From the IMG/VR virus record IMGVR_UViG_3300025087_000034: a stretch of 64,000 nt of DNA. One strand, 5' to 3'. The stretch is from a virus. Its lineage: Duplodnaviria > Caudoviricetes. The position numbers and the translations under genes are program-made. The notes under the pieces were generated by a model. That model saw only the letters and a list, made by a program, of their open reading frames with translations, had not been told where the DNA came from and ran no database searches. This document shows, in pieces, positions 9,513 through 18,937 of the stretch (its first letter is position 1; the number at the start of each line of letters is the position of its first letter).

Positions 9513-10436
9513 ATGAATATACTTCTTCTTGGTGGCGCTGGTCTTATAGGTCGGCAACTAGAAAAACTTCTATCAGAAGACGGTCATAAAACTACCGTTA
9601 TGGACAATTTTATGACTAGTGATGGTAAAGGATACAAACCAGTTGGAAATATTATAACAGGTAACACAACAATGTTTTCAAATGTAAAACCTGTTTTTTC
9701 TACATTTAGTCCTGATGTTGTTTTTCATTTTTCCGAGTGTTGTACGGACAAAAATGGGGATTATGATTTCATACTTGAGTCTCAAAATAAAATAGGTACT
9801 TGTTATTCTATATTACAATCTTTAAATTTATATAGTGTAAAATATATTTTTTATGGTTCATCTTGTGAGGTTTTTTCTTCCCCCGGCCAAAAAAAATTAC
9901 ACGAGAATAGTAAGACAGGGGGGTTTTCATATACTGGAAAAACAAATGATTATGTAGAAAAGTTCTTTGAAGAAGCTTCAAAATATTATGGGTTTAAATT
10001 TATTCCTATTAGATATTTTAATGTTTGTGGCGAGCGTTTAGTTCCAAATCCTAAGTCTGATATAGTAACTTCTTTTGTTGATTTGGTATTGAATAATGTA
10101 TATTTTGATATTTTTGGTCCAAATTCATTAATTGACGTTTTAGACGTTGACGATGCTGTAAAAGCAACTTATTTATTATATAAGTCTGTTGTTGAAGGTT
10201 CTTTTTGTGGACCAATAAATATTGGTTCTGGTAATCCAATAAAACTTATAGAATTGTTCGAGAAGGTAAATTTTTCTATAACGGATGAAAAATTAAAACC
10301 AGGTAAAATGAAGTCTAATGGGAATGTAGGTTCTTTTGTGTGTGATAATACATTGATGCGCTCTCTTGGGTGGGAGCCTTCTGTGGATATTGAGTCTAGT
10401 ATAGCTAAGGTTGTAAAATTTCGCCGGGGGAAATAA
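9513..10436 (+). CDS. NAD-dependent epimerase/dehydratase-like SDR with non-canonical active site
   Basis: GGAGLIG, SSCEVF, IRYFNVCG, INIGSG; YxxxK appears as YTGKT. Confidence 0.8.
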   Translation: MNILLLGGAGLIGRQLEKLLSEDGHKTTVMDNFMTSDGKGYKPVGNIITGNTTMFSNVKPVFSTFSPDVVFHFSECCTDKNGDYDFILESQNKIGTCYSILQSLNLYSVKYIFYGSSCEVFSSPGQKKLHENSKTGGFSYTGKTNDYVEKFFEEASKYYGFKFIPIRYFNVCGERLVPNPKSDIVTSFVDLVLNNVYFDIFGPNSLIDVLDVDDAVKATYLLYKSVVEGSFCGPINIGSGNPIKLIELFEKVNFSITDEKLKPGKMKSNGNVGSFVCDNTLMRSLGWEPSVDIESSIAKVVKFRRGK

Positions 10437-10443
10437 AAAAAGA

Positions 10444-12309
10444 ATGAACAAAGAAGAGCTTGAACAATATAGAGCAGAAAAAGGTTTTGCTCTACCGTAC
10501 AAACCCAACTATATATTTATAGATACAGAAGAAGAAGCATTAAAAGCACTAGAACACCTAAAAACATTTGAAGTATTATCTGTAGATACAGAAACTACAG
10601 GTTTATCTCCGTATAATTCAAAACTACTTCTTATACAAATAGCTACACCAGAACTATGCTATATTTTAAACTGTACTAAGGTTGATCCTAAAGTATGGTC
10701 TCCTATTTTTACTGACCTTAATATATTAAAAATCCTACAAAACGCTAAATTCGACTATAAGTTTATAAAGGTATTTTGTGGTGTCTCAATGAGGCCGCTA
10801 TTCGATACTTTTATTGCTGAGGCTTTAATAACTGCTGGTACAAAACAACCGTTAAAATTAAACTTTATTGCTCTAAAATATTTAGGTATAGAAATAAATA
10901 AAGGCGTTAGAACGTCATTTATTGGACAATATAAGACTGATTTTTCTTTGATTGAAAAGTTGTATGCAGCGAATGATGCTTTGATATTGCATAATATCTA
11001 TAATGATCAAGTTGACATTTTAGAGCGTGATGGCTTATTAAATATAGCAATGTTAGAATTTAAGACTATAGTTCCTATAGCTGAGATGGAACTTATTGGC
11101 AGTAGAGTAGATTCTAATAAATGGCGTTTGTTGGTGGAGGTTGCCAGAAAACATATGGGGGAATCGGAGATCAAAGTAAAAGATATTTTGGATCCTGTTT
11201 CTTCGCAACGAGATTTATTTGGTGGTTGCTCTATAAATCTTGGTAGCCCTGCTCAGTTATTGGCCCATTTAACAAGGTTGGGAATAAAGGTCCCTGGCCG
11301 TCAAGGGGTTTTGGAACCGATACAAAATACACAGGAAGAAACGCTTAAACAAATCGCCCATCCAATAGGACCTGCTTTAATAGAGTATCGGGGGTGGGAG
11401 AAAATATGTAACGCTTATGGGGAAAAATTCTTAGAAAAGATAGATGCCAAAACAGGAAGGCTATATGCAGAGTTAAGTCAAATGGGCGCGGGGACAGGAA
11501 GGACGGCTTCTAAAAACCCCAATCTGCAACAAGTTCCAGGGTTTAATCCCGAAGATGAGACTACTTTGGATTTTAGGTCCTGTTTTATAGCTTCTCCGGG
11601 GTACAAACTTGTTGTTGGTGACTACCCACAACAGGAATTACGTATTTTAGCGGAGTTGTCTAAAGATGAAAAGTTTGCTAAGGCGTTTACTTTAGGGGTT
11701 GATCTACACACACGGACAGCCATTGACATTTGGGGTGGAACAGAGGAGGAGGTTAAGCAAAACGGAAATAGAAAAAAGGCAAAATCTATTAATTTTTTAA
11801 TTTCATACGGCGGTCAAGCGTATACGTTAGCAAAAAGATTGGGTATGGACGAAGATGAGGCCCAGAAAATTTTAAATGCCTATTTTTCTACGTATCCTAG
11901 AGTTAAAAAATATATAGAAGAGTATGGGGAAAAGGCTATTAGCAATGGGTATAGTGTTACTTTGGGTGGTAGAAGACGCTATTATGATTTTCCTACTACT
12001 GATGATGAGAAATATGATAGTAAGATGAGAGCGATAAGAAGAAAGGGAGCTAATCATTGCATCCAAGGTACCGCCGCTGATATCGGGAAACAAGCAATTT
12101 GCCATTTCTTTTATGAATTAGAAAAGTTAAATCTAGATGCTCATATCTCGATGTTCATCCATGATGAGATAGTTTGTGAAGCGAAGGTTGAACATGCTAC
12201 TATGGTAGCCAAACTATTGGAGGAATGCATGGTACGAGCCTTTAAAGATTTCTGTAAAAAGATATCAATAACTGTAGAAGCATGTATCGATGATACATGG
12301 AGACACTAG
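10444..12309 (+). CDS. polA: Family A DNA polymerase (3'-5' exonuclease + polymerase, no 5'-3' exonuclease)
   Basis: ExoI VDTETTG, ExoII NAKFDY, ExoIII YAANDA; motif A DYPQQELR, motif B RKKAKSINFLISYG, motif C IHDE. Confidence 0.95.
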   Translation: MNKEELEQYRAEKGFALPYKPNYIFIDTEEEALKALEHLKTFEVLSVDTETTGLSPYNSKLLLIQIATPELCYILNCTKVDPKVWSPIFTDLNILKILQNAKFDYKFIKVFCGVSMRPLFDTFIAEALITAGTKQPLKLNFIALKYLGIEINKGVRTSFIGQYKTDFSLIEKLYAANDALILHNIYNDQVDILERDGLLNIAMLEFKTIVPIAEMELIGSRVDSNKWRLLVEVARKHMGESEIKVKDILDPVSSQRDLFGGCSINLGSPAQLLAHLTRLGIKVPGRQGVLEPIQNTQEETLKQIAHPIGPALIEYRGWEKICNAYGEKFLEKIDAKTGRLYAELSQMGAGTGRTASKNPNLQQVPGFNPEDETTLDFRSCFIASPGYKLVVGDYPQQELRILAELSKDEKFAKAFTLGVDLHTRTAIDIWGGTEEEVKQNGNRKKAKSINFLISYGGQAYTLAKRLGMDEDEAQKILNAYFSTYPRVKKYIEEYGEKAISNGYSVTLGGRRRYYDFPTTDDEKYDSKMRAIRRKGANHCIQGTAADIGKQAICHFFYELEKLNLDAHISMFIHDEIVCEAKVEHATMVAKLLEECMVRAFKDFCKKISITVEACIDDTWRH

Positions 12310-12916
12310 GTTAATAATGTCATCAAGTTATAGTAGTTTGGTAAAGGACATACAAATAGGAAAAATTGAGGGTGAGGACCCCGTGTCTGATTTTATAAGG
12401 AGTGAGTTTGGTATAGATACCATAGTGGCAGGGCATGCCAATAAGGCGTGGGACCTTGAAGTCGTCGGGGTGTATGCCCCTTATGTAGAGGAGAAGCGTA
12501 TACGTAATAAGGACAGGCTTATAAAAAAGTTTGAGTCAAAATTTGGCCATACTTTTGAGATTAAACGGGACATGGTTTCTGACAGGACAGGTAATTTTTT
12601 CTTTGAGGTATTTTCCAATATCCGGGTTAACAATCCAGGGTGTATTGCGGCTTCTAAGGCTGACATGTTAGTTATTGTTACTAGGAAAGAGTTTATATTT
12701 ATAAATAGGGGTTTATTTTTAAGTTGGATTATATCTAATCTTTATTATGATAATGAATTTTCCCGCGGTTGGAAAATGAGAACTTGTAAGAAAGTAAAAG
12801 AAGTCGAACTAAAAAGTTCGCTCATATCACCACAGGTGCGGGGAATATTAATTCCGCTGGACGATATAAAGAAAGAAGCTAGTGTTGGTGTGTTTAAAAG
12901 GGGCGTTATTGTTTAG
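12290..12916 (+). CDS. Putative PD-(D/E)XK-type nuclease-like phage protein
   Basis: WDL...FEIKRD...RTGNFFFEV...SKAD pattern; start may be ATG ~12317. Confidence 0.5.
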   Translation: MIHGDTRLIMSSSYSSLVKDIQIGKIEGEDPVSDFIRSEFGIDTIVAGHANKAWDLEVVGVYAPYVEEKRIRNKDRLIKKFESKFGHTFEIKRDMVSDRTGNFFFEVFSNIRVNNPGCIAASKADMLVIVTRKEFIFINRGLFLSWIISNLYYDNEFSRGWKMRTCKKVKEVELKSSLISPQVRGILIPLDDIKKEASVGVFKRGVIV

Positions 12917-13801
12917 ATGAGTAGAAAGCGTAATACATTAGAGGAAGTGAGAAAGGTTTTCGAGTCTAGAAGGTATGAGTTACGAAGTGAGGACTATAAA
13001 AATAATAGCACAAAGTTAGACTATAGGTGTCCAAAAGGTCACCTAGGGTCGATGATTTATGGTAGTTTTTATCAAGGAACGAGCTGTCCTATTTGTAACA
13101 TAGAGAACCAAAGGCTCCTTTACAAAGAGGTTGAGAGAGCTTTTGATGCCAGGGGTTATACACTACTTAGTAGGGAGTATAAAAACAACAGTACTAAGTT
13201 AGACTATACGTGCCCAAAAGGTCACCTAGGGTCGATGACCTATGGTAACTTTTATCAAGGAAGGGGCTGTCCTATGTGTAACATAGAGAATCAAAGGCTC
13301 CTTTATGAGGAGGTTGAGAGAGTTTTTGGTGCCAGGGGGTATACATTACTTAGTAAAAAGTATGTGAATGCCCATGCAAAGTTAGATTATAAGTGTCCAA
13401 AAGGTCATTTGGGGTTTATGACTTATAGTCAGTTTCAACAGGGTAATGATTGTCCTATTTGTTCAGAGACTTCCTCTGTTTCTAAAGTGTCACAAAAATG
13501 GTTGGATTGTTTAGGTCTGGCTAAGGAAATGGGAATTAGCAGAGAGGCTAATTTGCAAATAGGGGACCATCGTTTCAAGGTAGATGGTTTCGATTCTAAA
13601 ACAAGCACTGTTTATGAGTTTCTTGGAGATTACTGGCACGGGAATCCAGAAAAGTTTAAGCCACAAGAGTTGAATAAAAGGGCGGGTAGAACCTTTGGCC
13701 AGCTTTATCAAGAAACCCTTGAACGTATTAAGATTTTAGAAGAAGCAGGTTATAAAGTAATTTATATTTGGGAACAGGATTTCTTAAATTCTATAAAATA
13801 A
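12917..13801 (+). CDS. Zinc-repeat (3 x 61 aa) endonuclease with C-terminal PD-(D/E)XK/Vsr-like domain
   Basis: Three CPKGH...CPxC repeats followed by FKVDGF...YEFLGDYWHG...YIWE. Confidence 0.85.
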   Translation: MSRKRNTLEEVRKVFESRRYELRSEDYKNNSTKLDYRCPKGHLGSMIYGSFYQGTSCPICNIENQRLLYKEVERAFDARGYTLLSREYKNNSTKLDYTCPKGHLGSMTYGNFYQGRGCPMCNIENQRLLYEEVERVFGARGYTLLSKKYVNAHAKLDYKCPKGHLGFMTYSQFQQGNDCPICSETSSVSKVSQKWLDCLGLAKEMGISREANLQIGDHRFKVDGFDSKTSTVYEFLGDYWHGNPEKFKPQELNKRAGRTFGQLYQETLERIKILEEAGYKVIYIWEQDFLNSIK

Positions 13802-13815
13802 CATTTAACAATTTG

Positions 13816-13850
13816 TAGCCCTATTTGTGTTTTTTGGGCTATTTTTCTTT
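13816..13850 (+). terminator. Possible intrinsic terminator
   Basis: TAGCCC...GGGCTA stem followed by TTTTTCTTT; the 14-nt loop is long. Confidence 0.35.
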
Positions 13851-13871
13851 TGATTTTGGAGATGTATAAAT

Positions 13872-16157
13872 ATGGTAATAAGTCGTTTGTGTGACAATTC
13901 TGAAGCCATTCTTCGGGCTCGTTATTATCTTAACGAGAATGAGGACTGGCCGGTTCTCTGTCACAGGGTTACTGACAGTGTAATTCCTATTTCTTGCAGT
14001 AGGTATGATTATACCGAAGAAGAAGTAAGGGAATTAACAAGAAGGATGTTTGAGCATATAAATAATCTTGAGTTTTTGCCAAATTCTCCTACTATGTTTA
14101 ATGCTGGAACTGAGTATCCTATGCTAAGCGCGTGTTTCGTAATAGACGTTCCAGACAATCTGCCCGGTATCTATGAGTCTGTTAAAGAGTCAGCCATGAT
14201 TCATAAAATGGGTGGGGGTGTTGGTTTTTCTTTAAGTAAGCTAAGATGTCGAGGGTCAAAAATTGCTACTACACACGGTAATAGCGGTGGAGCGGTTTCT
14301 TTTCTGAAGGTATTCGCAAATGGCACTGCTGAAATAACGGCGGCGGGTAAGCGTAAAGGGGCCAACATGGCCATGCTTAGAATAGACCATGCAGATATTG
14401 AAGAATTTATAAATTGTAAGTCTGTAGAGGGGGAGTTGGCTAATTTTAATATTTCACTACAATTTACTGACTCTTTTTTATCCGCCTGCTTAAATGACAC
14501 TGAAATTAGTTTGATCGATCCAAAGGATGGGTCGGTAGTGAGAGTTGTGCAAGCTAGGAGTTTGATGAGAAAGGCAGCAGAAGGGGCGTGGAATAATGGC
14601 GAGCCTGGGGCATGTTATATAGATGCAGTAAACAGGGATAACCCCACACCGCACCTGGGGGAAATAAACTCATCAAACCCTTGTGGGGAGTACTATTCTT
14701 CTCCATCTTATAATTCGTGTACATTAGGATCTATAAATCTAACAAGGTATGTTATGGTTAAAAATATCGAAAGTTCGATTGTTTTTGATTGGGAAAAATT
14801 CCGTAAAGATATTTTTGATTATGTTTTTTATTTAGATTGTATCATAGATGCAAATAGTTTTCCTTTAGAGAAAATAAAAGAAGTAACTTGCAAAACCAGA
14901 CCTATAGGTTTGGGTGTTATGGGTTTTGCGGACATTCTTATTATGATGGGTATTAAATATAATTCTGAGGAAGGTCTTTCTTTTGCTCGCGAACTTTCTG
15001 AGAATCTTAGCTACTATTCATTAGTAGCTAGTAAAGAGTTAGCTAAGAAAAGAGGCCATTACGCAGAATTTAGGGTAGAAAATCATGGGTATGAAAAGGC
15101 TAGGGGCTTAGGTGTTCTGGATTGGGAAGCCTTGGTTAAAGAAATAAAAATACATGGACTTAGAAATTCGCATACTGTGGTAATAGCCCCAACTGGTACT
15201 ATTGCCAGGATTGCTAATGAGTGTTCTTTTGGGATAGAGCCCATATTTTCAAAGAGTTTTGAAAGTAATATATTAGATGGAGCTAAGCAAGAAACCAAGA
15301 ATGGTTTGTACCAAAAGTTTTTAGATGGTGAGTTAAAGGTAGGTGAGGACGTCTTTGTTTGTGCTAAGGATATTTCTTGGCAAGACCATATCAAAATGCA
15401 GGCTGAGTGGCAAAAGTTCGTACACAATGGTATAAGTAAGACCATAGGAATGCCTAATAGTGCTACTACCCAGGACGTGTACGCTGCATATATGATGGCG
15501 TATGAACTGGGCCTAAAGGGTATCACGGTGTATAGGGAGGGGAGTAGAAAACAAGAGGTTCTTGTTGAGAAGTCAAAGAAAGAAGAGTGGCATGGGGTGG
15601 GTGATACGTTTGAGCATGCTTCCCCTATAAAACGACCTTTAGAGCTAGAATGCGACATACATCATACACAGGTTGGTGGAGAAAAGTGGGTAGTTCTTGT
15701 AGGGCTCTTAGATGGCAAGCCATATGAAATTTTTGGCGGGCTACAAAAATTCATAGAATTACCTAGGAAATATACTAAGGGCCTGATAGTAAAGAAACCA
15801 AACAAAAAAAGTAGAAGTAAGTATGATTTAATCCTAGATAAAGGAACCCCTGATGAATTAGTTGTTAAAGATATAGTATCTGTATTTGAAAATAAAGAAC
15901 ATGGTGTTGTTGGTAGGTTGATTAGTTTATCTTTGCGTCATCAGGCTCGCCCAAGTTTTCTTTGTGAGCAGTTAATAAAAGATGACGATTTCGATTTTCA
16001 AACGTACAGTAAAGTTATAGCACGTATTTTGAAGAGGTATATAGTAGATGGTGAAAACCCTGAAAGTTCAAAAGTTTGCCCTGAGTGTGGCGGGGAGCTT
16101 TATTATATGGAGGGGTGTGTTTTATGCCATTCGTGTGCATGGTCGAAGTGCTCATAA
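13872..16157 (+). CDS. nrdJ: Class II (adenosylcobalamin) ribonucleotide reductase with C-terminal TSCPD-like domain and Zn ribbon
   Basis: PNSPTMFNAG, SACFV, GGGVG, NPCGE, CTLGSINL, PIGLGVMG, IAPTGTI; C-terminal CPECG...EGCVLCHSCAWSKC; no nrdB nearby. Confidence 0.92.
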   Translation: MVISRLCDNSEAILRARYYLNENEDWPVLCHRVTDSVIPISCSRYDYTEEEVRELTRRMFEHINNLEFLPNSPTMFNAGTEYPMLSACFVIDVPDNLPGIYESVKESAMIHKMGGGVGFSLSKLRCRGSKIATTHGNSGGAVSFLKVFANGTAEITAAGKRKGANMAMLRIDHADIEEFINCKSVEGELANFNISLQFTDSFLSACLNDTEISLIDPKDGSVVRVVQARSLMRKAAEGAWNNGEPGACYIDAVNRDNPTPHLGEINSSNPCGEYYSSPSYNSCTLGSINLTRYVMVKNIESSIVFDWEKFRKDIFDYVFYLDCIIDANSFPLEKIKEVTCKTRPIGLGVMGFADILIMMGIKYNSEEGLSFARELSENLSYYSLVASKELAKKRGHYAEFRVENHGYEKARGLGVLDWEALVKEIKIHGLRNSHTVVIAPTGTIARIANECSFGIEPIFSKSFESNILDGAKQETKNGLYQKFLDGELKVGEDVFVCAKDISWQDHIKMQAEWQKFVHNGISKTIGMPNSATTQDVYAAYMMAYELGLKGITVYREGSRKQEVLVEKSKKEEWHGVGDTFEHASPIKRPLELECDIHHTQVGGEKWVVLVGLLDGKPYEIFGGLQKFIELPRKYTKGLIVKKPNKKSRSKYDLILDKGTPDELVVKDIVSVFENKEHGVVGRLISLSLRHQARPSFLCEQLIKDDDFDFQTYSKVIARILKRYIVDGENPESSKVCPECGGELYYMEGCVLCHSCAWSKCS

Positions 16158-16251
16158 TGTTTATGAAACTTTTAAACGTTTTGACCTTATAAAAGAGGCC
16201 GGTTATAATTTGGTGTATATTTGGGAATATGACTTTTTAAACTTACTATAA
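16158..16251 (+). pseudogene. C-terminal remnant of a YEFLGDYWHG-type endonuclease
   Basis: Translates YETFKRFDLIKEAGYNLVYIWEYDFLNLL*, matching YQETLERIKILEEAGYKVIYIWEQDFLN of 12917-13801; no own start codon. Confidence 0.75.
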
Positions 16252-16259
16252 TTTTTTCC

Positions 16260-16288
16260 TTGTCATTTTTCTCATGTTTTTCTATTAT
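16260..16288 (+). promoter_or_regulatory. sigma70-type promoter
   Basis: TTGTCA-N17-TATTAT upstream of an RBS and the ORF at 16315. Confidence 0.7.
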
Positions 16289-16314
16289 TAGTAGTAAGAA
16301 AGGAAAGGTGATTC

Positions 16315-16611
16315 ATGTCGTCAGTTAAATGCAAGCTTTGTTCTAAGTATGAGGCTGGTTATTGTTCTGTGAAAAACCAGGGAGGGAAGCCCCAACACGT
16401 ACTTCCTAATAAGGACAGGCAGTGTAGTAAGTTTATGGTAAATGCAGAAGCTTTTGCTCACGAAGCAGACAAGATTTATGAGAAGAGCCAGATTCCCCTT
16501 TTCGCTCCCACCTGGAGATATTGGGCGGATAAAAAAGAATTGAAAGAGACAGGGGAGGAAAAGGGACCTAAATTTATTCAAATCAATCCAGGGGTAAACA
16601 AACATGTATAA
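16315..16611 (+). CDS. Hypothetical protein with Cys-rich N-terminus
   Basis: CKLC...C...C pattern; RBS AAGGTG. Confidence 0.7.
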   Translation: MSSVKCKLCSKYEAGYCSVKNQGGKPQHVLPNKDRQCSKFMVNAEAFAHEADKIYEKSQIPLFAPTWRYWADKKELKETGEEKGPKFIQINPGVNKHV

Positions 16612-16789
16612 AGTTATATATCAAGACAACCAAACTGGTTCTTGTCTTTTTTGTCATGGGACTGGTCTTTTAGTAATAAAGAATGCTTATGATCCTAATT
16701 TAGAAGAGTATATTACATGTGATTATTGTAGGGGAACTGGTTTGGTAAATGGGTCTGGTAATTTTTTTGGCGCCGGCCAAAAAAATTAA
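16604..16789 (+). CDS. Small DnaJ-type zinc-finger protein
   Basis: Two CxxCxGxG motifs (CLFCHGTG, CDYCRGTG). Confidence 0.75.
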   Translation: MYKVIYQDNQTGSCLFCHGTGLLVIKNAYDPNLEEYITCDYCRGTGLVNGSGNFFGAGQKN

Positions 16790-16816
16790 GACCATTTTAG
16801 GGAGGGTGGATAAATC

Positions 16817-17470
16817 TTGATGTTTGATATAGAAGAAACACTACGGGATTCAGGAATTAATTTAATCTTAGGTGTGGATGAGGTAGGTAGGGGTGCTTTA
16901 ATATCTGATGTTGTTGTTTCATGTGTAATTTTGCCGGCGGGCCATAAAATAGAAGGTATAAAAGACTCAAAAAAATTTACAGGTCCTAAAGCGCATGAAA
17001 ATAGAATAAAGATATCAAAATTAATACATGAAAGAGCTTTGGAAGTTCATATAATTTCTGCACCAGCAGAAGTTATAGATAAAATAAATATATTAGAAGC
17101 AACAAAACTGTGTATAATAACAGCTATATCAAAATGTAAAATAAAACCAGGTATGGTTATAATAGATGGTGATATGGAATTTGAAGATGGTGAAATTATG
17201 TATCCATATATGTGTGTAGAAAAGGCGGACTCTAGGAGTGAAAACGTAGCGGCTGCCTCTATTGTAGCTAAGGTACACAGAGATAATCATATGTTATTGT
17301 TGGATAAAGTTTATCCACAATATGGTTTAGCACAGCACAAAGGCTATGGAACAAAAGAGCATATGGAGGCCATATTAAAATATGGTCCTTGTGAACTTCA
17401 TAGGAAGTCTTTTAGTGTAAAAGGAAGAAAAATAGGGAGTATTAAACCTAGTAAGCAGCCCCACGCCTAA
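16817..17470 (+). CDS. rnhB: Ribonuclease HII
   Basis: GVDEVGRG, DSKK, IIDG, KAD...AAASIVAKVHRD, GYGTKEH; the last residues are encoded by the IS left end. Confidence 0.95.
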   Translation: MMFDIEETLRDSGINLILGVDEVGRGALISDVVVSCVILPAGHKIEGIKDSKKFTGPKAHENRIKISKLIHERALEVHIISAPAEVIDKINILEATKLCIITAISKCKIKPGMVIIDGDMEFEDGEIMYPYMCVEKADSRSENVAAASIVAKVHRDNHMLLLDKVYPQYGLAQHKGYGTKEHMEAILKYGPCELHRKSFSVKGRKIGSIKPSKQPHA

Positions 17471-17700
17471 AGGTGGGGGCTTTTAGGAGCCCTTACTTAC
17501 TAGGGAGCGATCCCAGAAAGGAGTCGTTAATCGTTGAGTAGAAGAGATACATACACACCTACGAATGCTCCTCAAGTTCATAGCAACTGTGGCGCTGAAT
17601 TAAAAACCCCTAGGGGTAGGGGTGGTGTTCAGCGTTTAAAAACTCTACCCAACAATCCCGATGAGGACCTAACCCGTGGACAGGGGGTACATTTAACATT
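17451..17700 (+). ncRNA. omegaRNA scaffold of IscB copy 2
   Basis: Highly similar to 1721-1950 (e.g. GCTCCTCAAGTTC...GCTGAATTAAAAACCCCTAGGGGTAGGGGTGGTGTTCAGCG); boundaries approximate. Confidence 0.75.
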
Positions 17701-18936
17701 AGTGTACGTACTGAACAATCGTGGTGAGCCGTTGATGCCTTGTAGTCCAAAGAAAGCCAAAGCATTGCTAAAGGAGGGAAAAGCCAAGGTAAGGACTAGA
17801 ACACCTTTTACGATACAATTGCTTTATGGTAGCTCAGGTTACAAACAACCTATTAGGTTGGGAGTAGACAGTGGTTTTAAGCACGTAGGACTATCTGCTG
17901 TTTCTGACAAGCAGGAACTTTACTCTGTTGAAGTCCAGCTTAGAATCGACATAGTGAATTTATTATCGGAACGTAGGTCTTATAGGAGAAATCGTAGAAA
18001 TAGAAAGACTCGCTATCGTCAAGCTCGTTTCCTTAATCGAGGAATAAAAAAAGGCTGGCTAGCCCCCAGTATTCAACACAAACTAGATAGCCATGTTAGG
18101 TTAGTAAACAAGGTTAAGCAAATCTTACCCGTTATTGAGGTGGTGGTAGAGGTAGCCTTGTTTGATATTCAGAAGATAAAGAATCCAGAGACGGGTGGTA
18201 AACAGTACCAAGAAGGGGAACAAAAGGGTTTTTGGAACACCAGAGAATACATACTCCACAGGGACAACCACAAGTGTTGCCACTGTAAGGGTAAATCAAA
18301 CGACACTGTTCTTAATGTTCACCATTTGGAGTCTAGAAAAATTGGTGGCGATAGACCGGAGAATTTAATAACACTTTGTAAGACGTGTCATGATACTTAT
18401 CATAATGGAGGGATTAAATTGAAAGCAAAGCCTTCTAAAGGGTTCAAAGCTGAAACTTTTATGACAATGGTACGATGGCGTTTAGTAGAACAATTGAGCT
18501 GCAGCTACACTTATGGTTACGTTACCAAGCATAATAGAACCTTGATAGGACTACCCAAGAGTCACGCAAACGATGCATTTGTAATCGCGAGCAAAATAGA
18601 CCGACCTAGATGTCAGTCTTATCAGATCAAACAAGTTAGGAAGCAAAATCGTAAGCTGTTCAAAGGACCACATAGTGGAGTAAGAAACACAGCCGCTAGA
18701 TATATTCAAGGTTTTCAACGGTACGATAAAGTAAAGTGGAAATCTCAGGAGTGTTTTGTGTTTGGGCGAAGGACTAGGGGTACTTTTGATCTAAGGCTAC
18801 TAGATAGGACTAAACTTTGTGGTGATGCTAAAGCTAAAGACTGTGTTAGGCTAGAAAGCGGTAGAACGTTCTTAACTCAAAGGAGCAGCGTTTCTTCCCC
18901 GGGGCTAAAGCTCGGGGTACCCGCGCTGAAGATTTG
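17451..18936 (+). mobile_element. IS200/IS605-family IscB (OMEGA) element, copy 2, no tnpA
   Basis: Left end GTAAGCAGCCCCACGCCTAAAGGTGGGGGCTTT; right end ...CCCGCGCTGAAGATTTG; homologous to copy 1. Confidence 0.88.
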
Positions 18937-18937
18937 A
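17702..18937 (+). CDS. iscB: IscB RNA-guided endonuclease (track ORF starts at 17534)
   Basis: VYVLNNRGEPLMP, LGVDSG, Arg-rich helix, VVEVALFD, HNH motif, SHANDAF all intact; start codon uncertain. Confidence 0.93.
   Translation: MYVLNNRGEPLMPCSPKKAKALLKEGKAKVRTRTPFTIQLLYGSSGYKQPIRLGVDSGFKHVGLSAVSDKQELYSVEVQLRIDIVNLLSERRSYRRNRRNRKTRYRQARFLNRGIKKGWLAPSIQHKLDSHVRLVNKVKQILPVIEVVVEVALFDIQKIKNPETGGKQYQEGEQKGFWNTREYILHRDNHKCCHCKGKSNDTVLNVHHLESRKIGGDRPENLITLCKTCHDTYHNGGIKLKAKPSKGFKAETFMTMVRWRLVEQLSCSYTYGYVTKHNRTLIGLPKSHANDAFVIASKIDRPRCQSYQIKQVRKQNRKLFKGPHSGVRNTAARYIQGFQRYDKVKWKSQECFVFGRRTRGTFDLRLLDRTKLCGDAKAKDCVRLESGRTFLTQRSSVSSPGLKLGVPALKI

Noticed and set aside
16048-16251. 67-aa ORF overlapping the nrdJ 3' end as a real gene
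   Set aside because: Only the part after the nrdJ stop has homology; it is treated as a remnant
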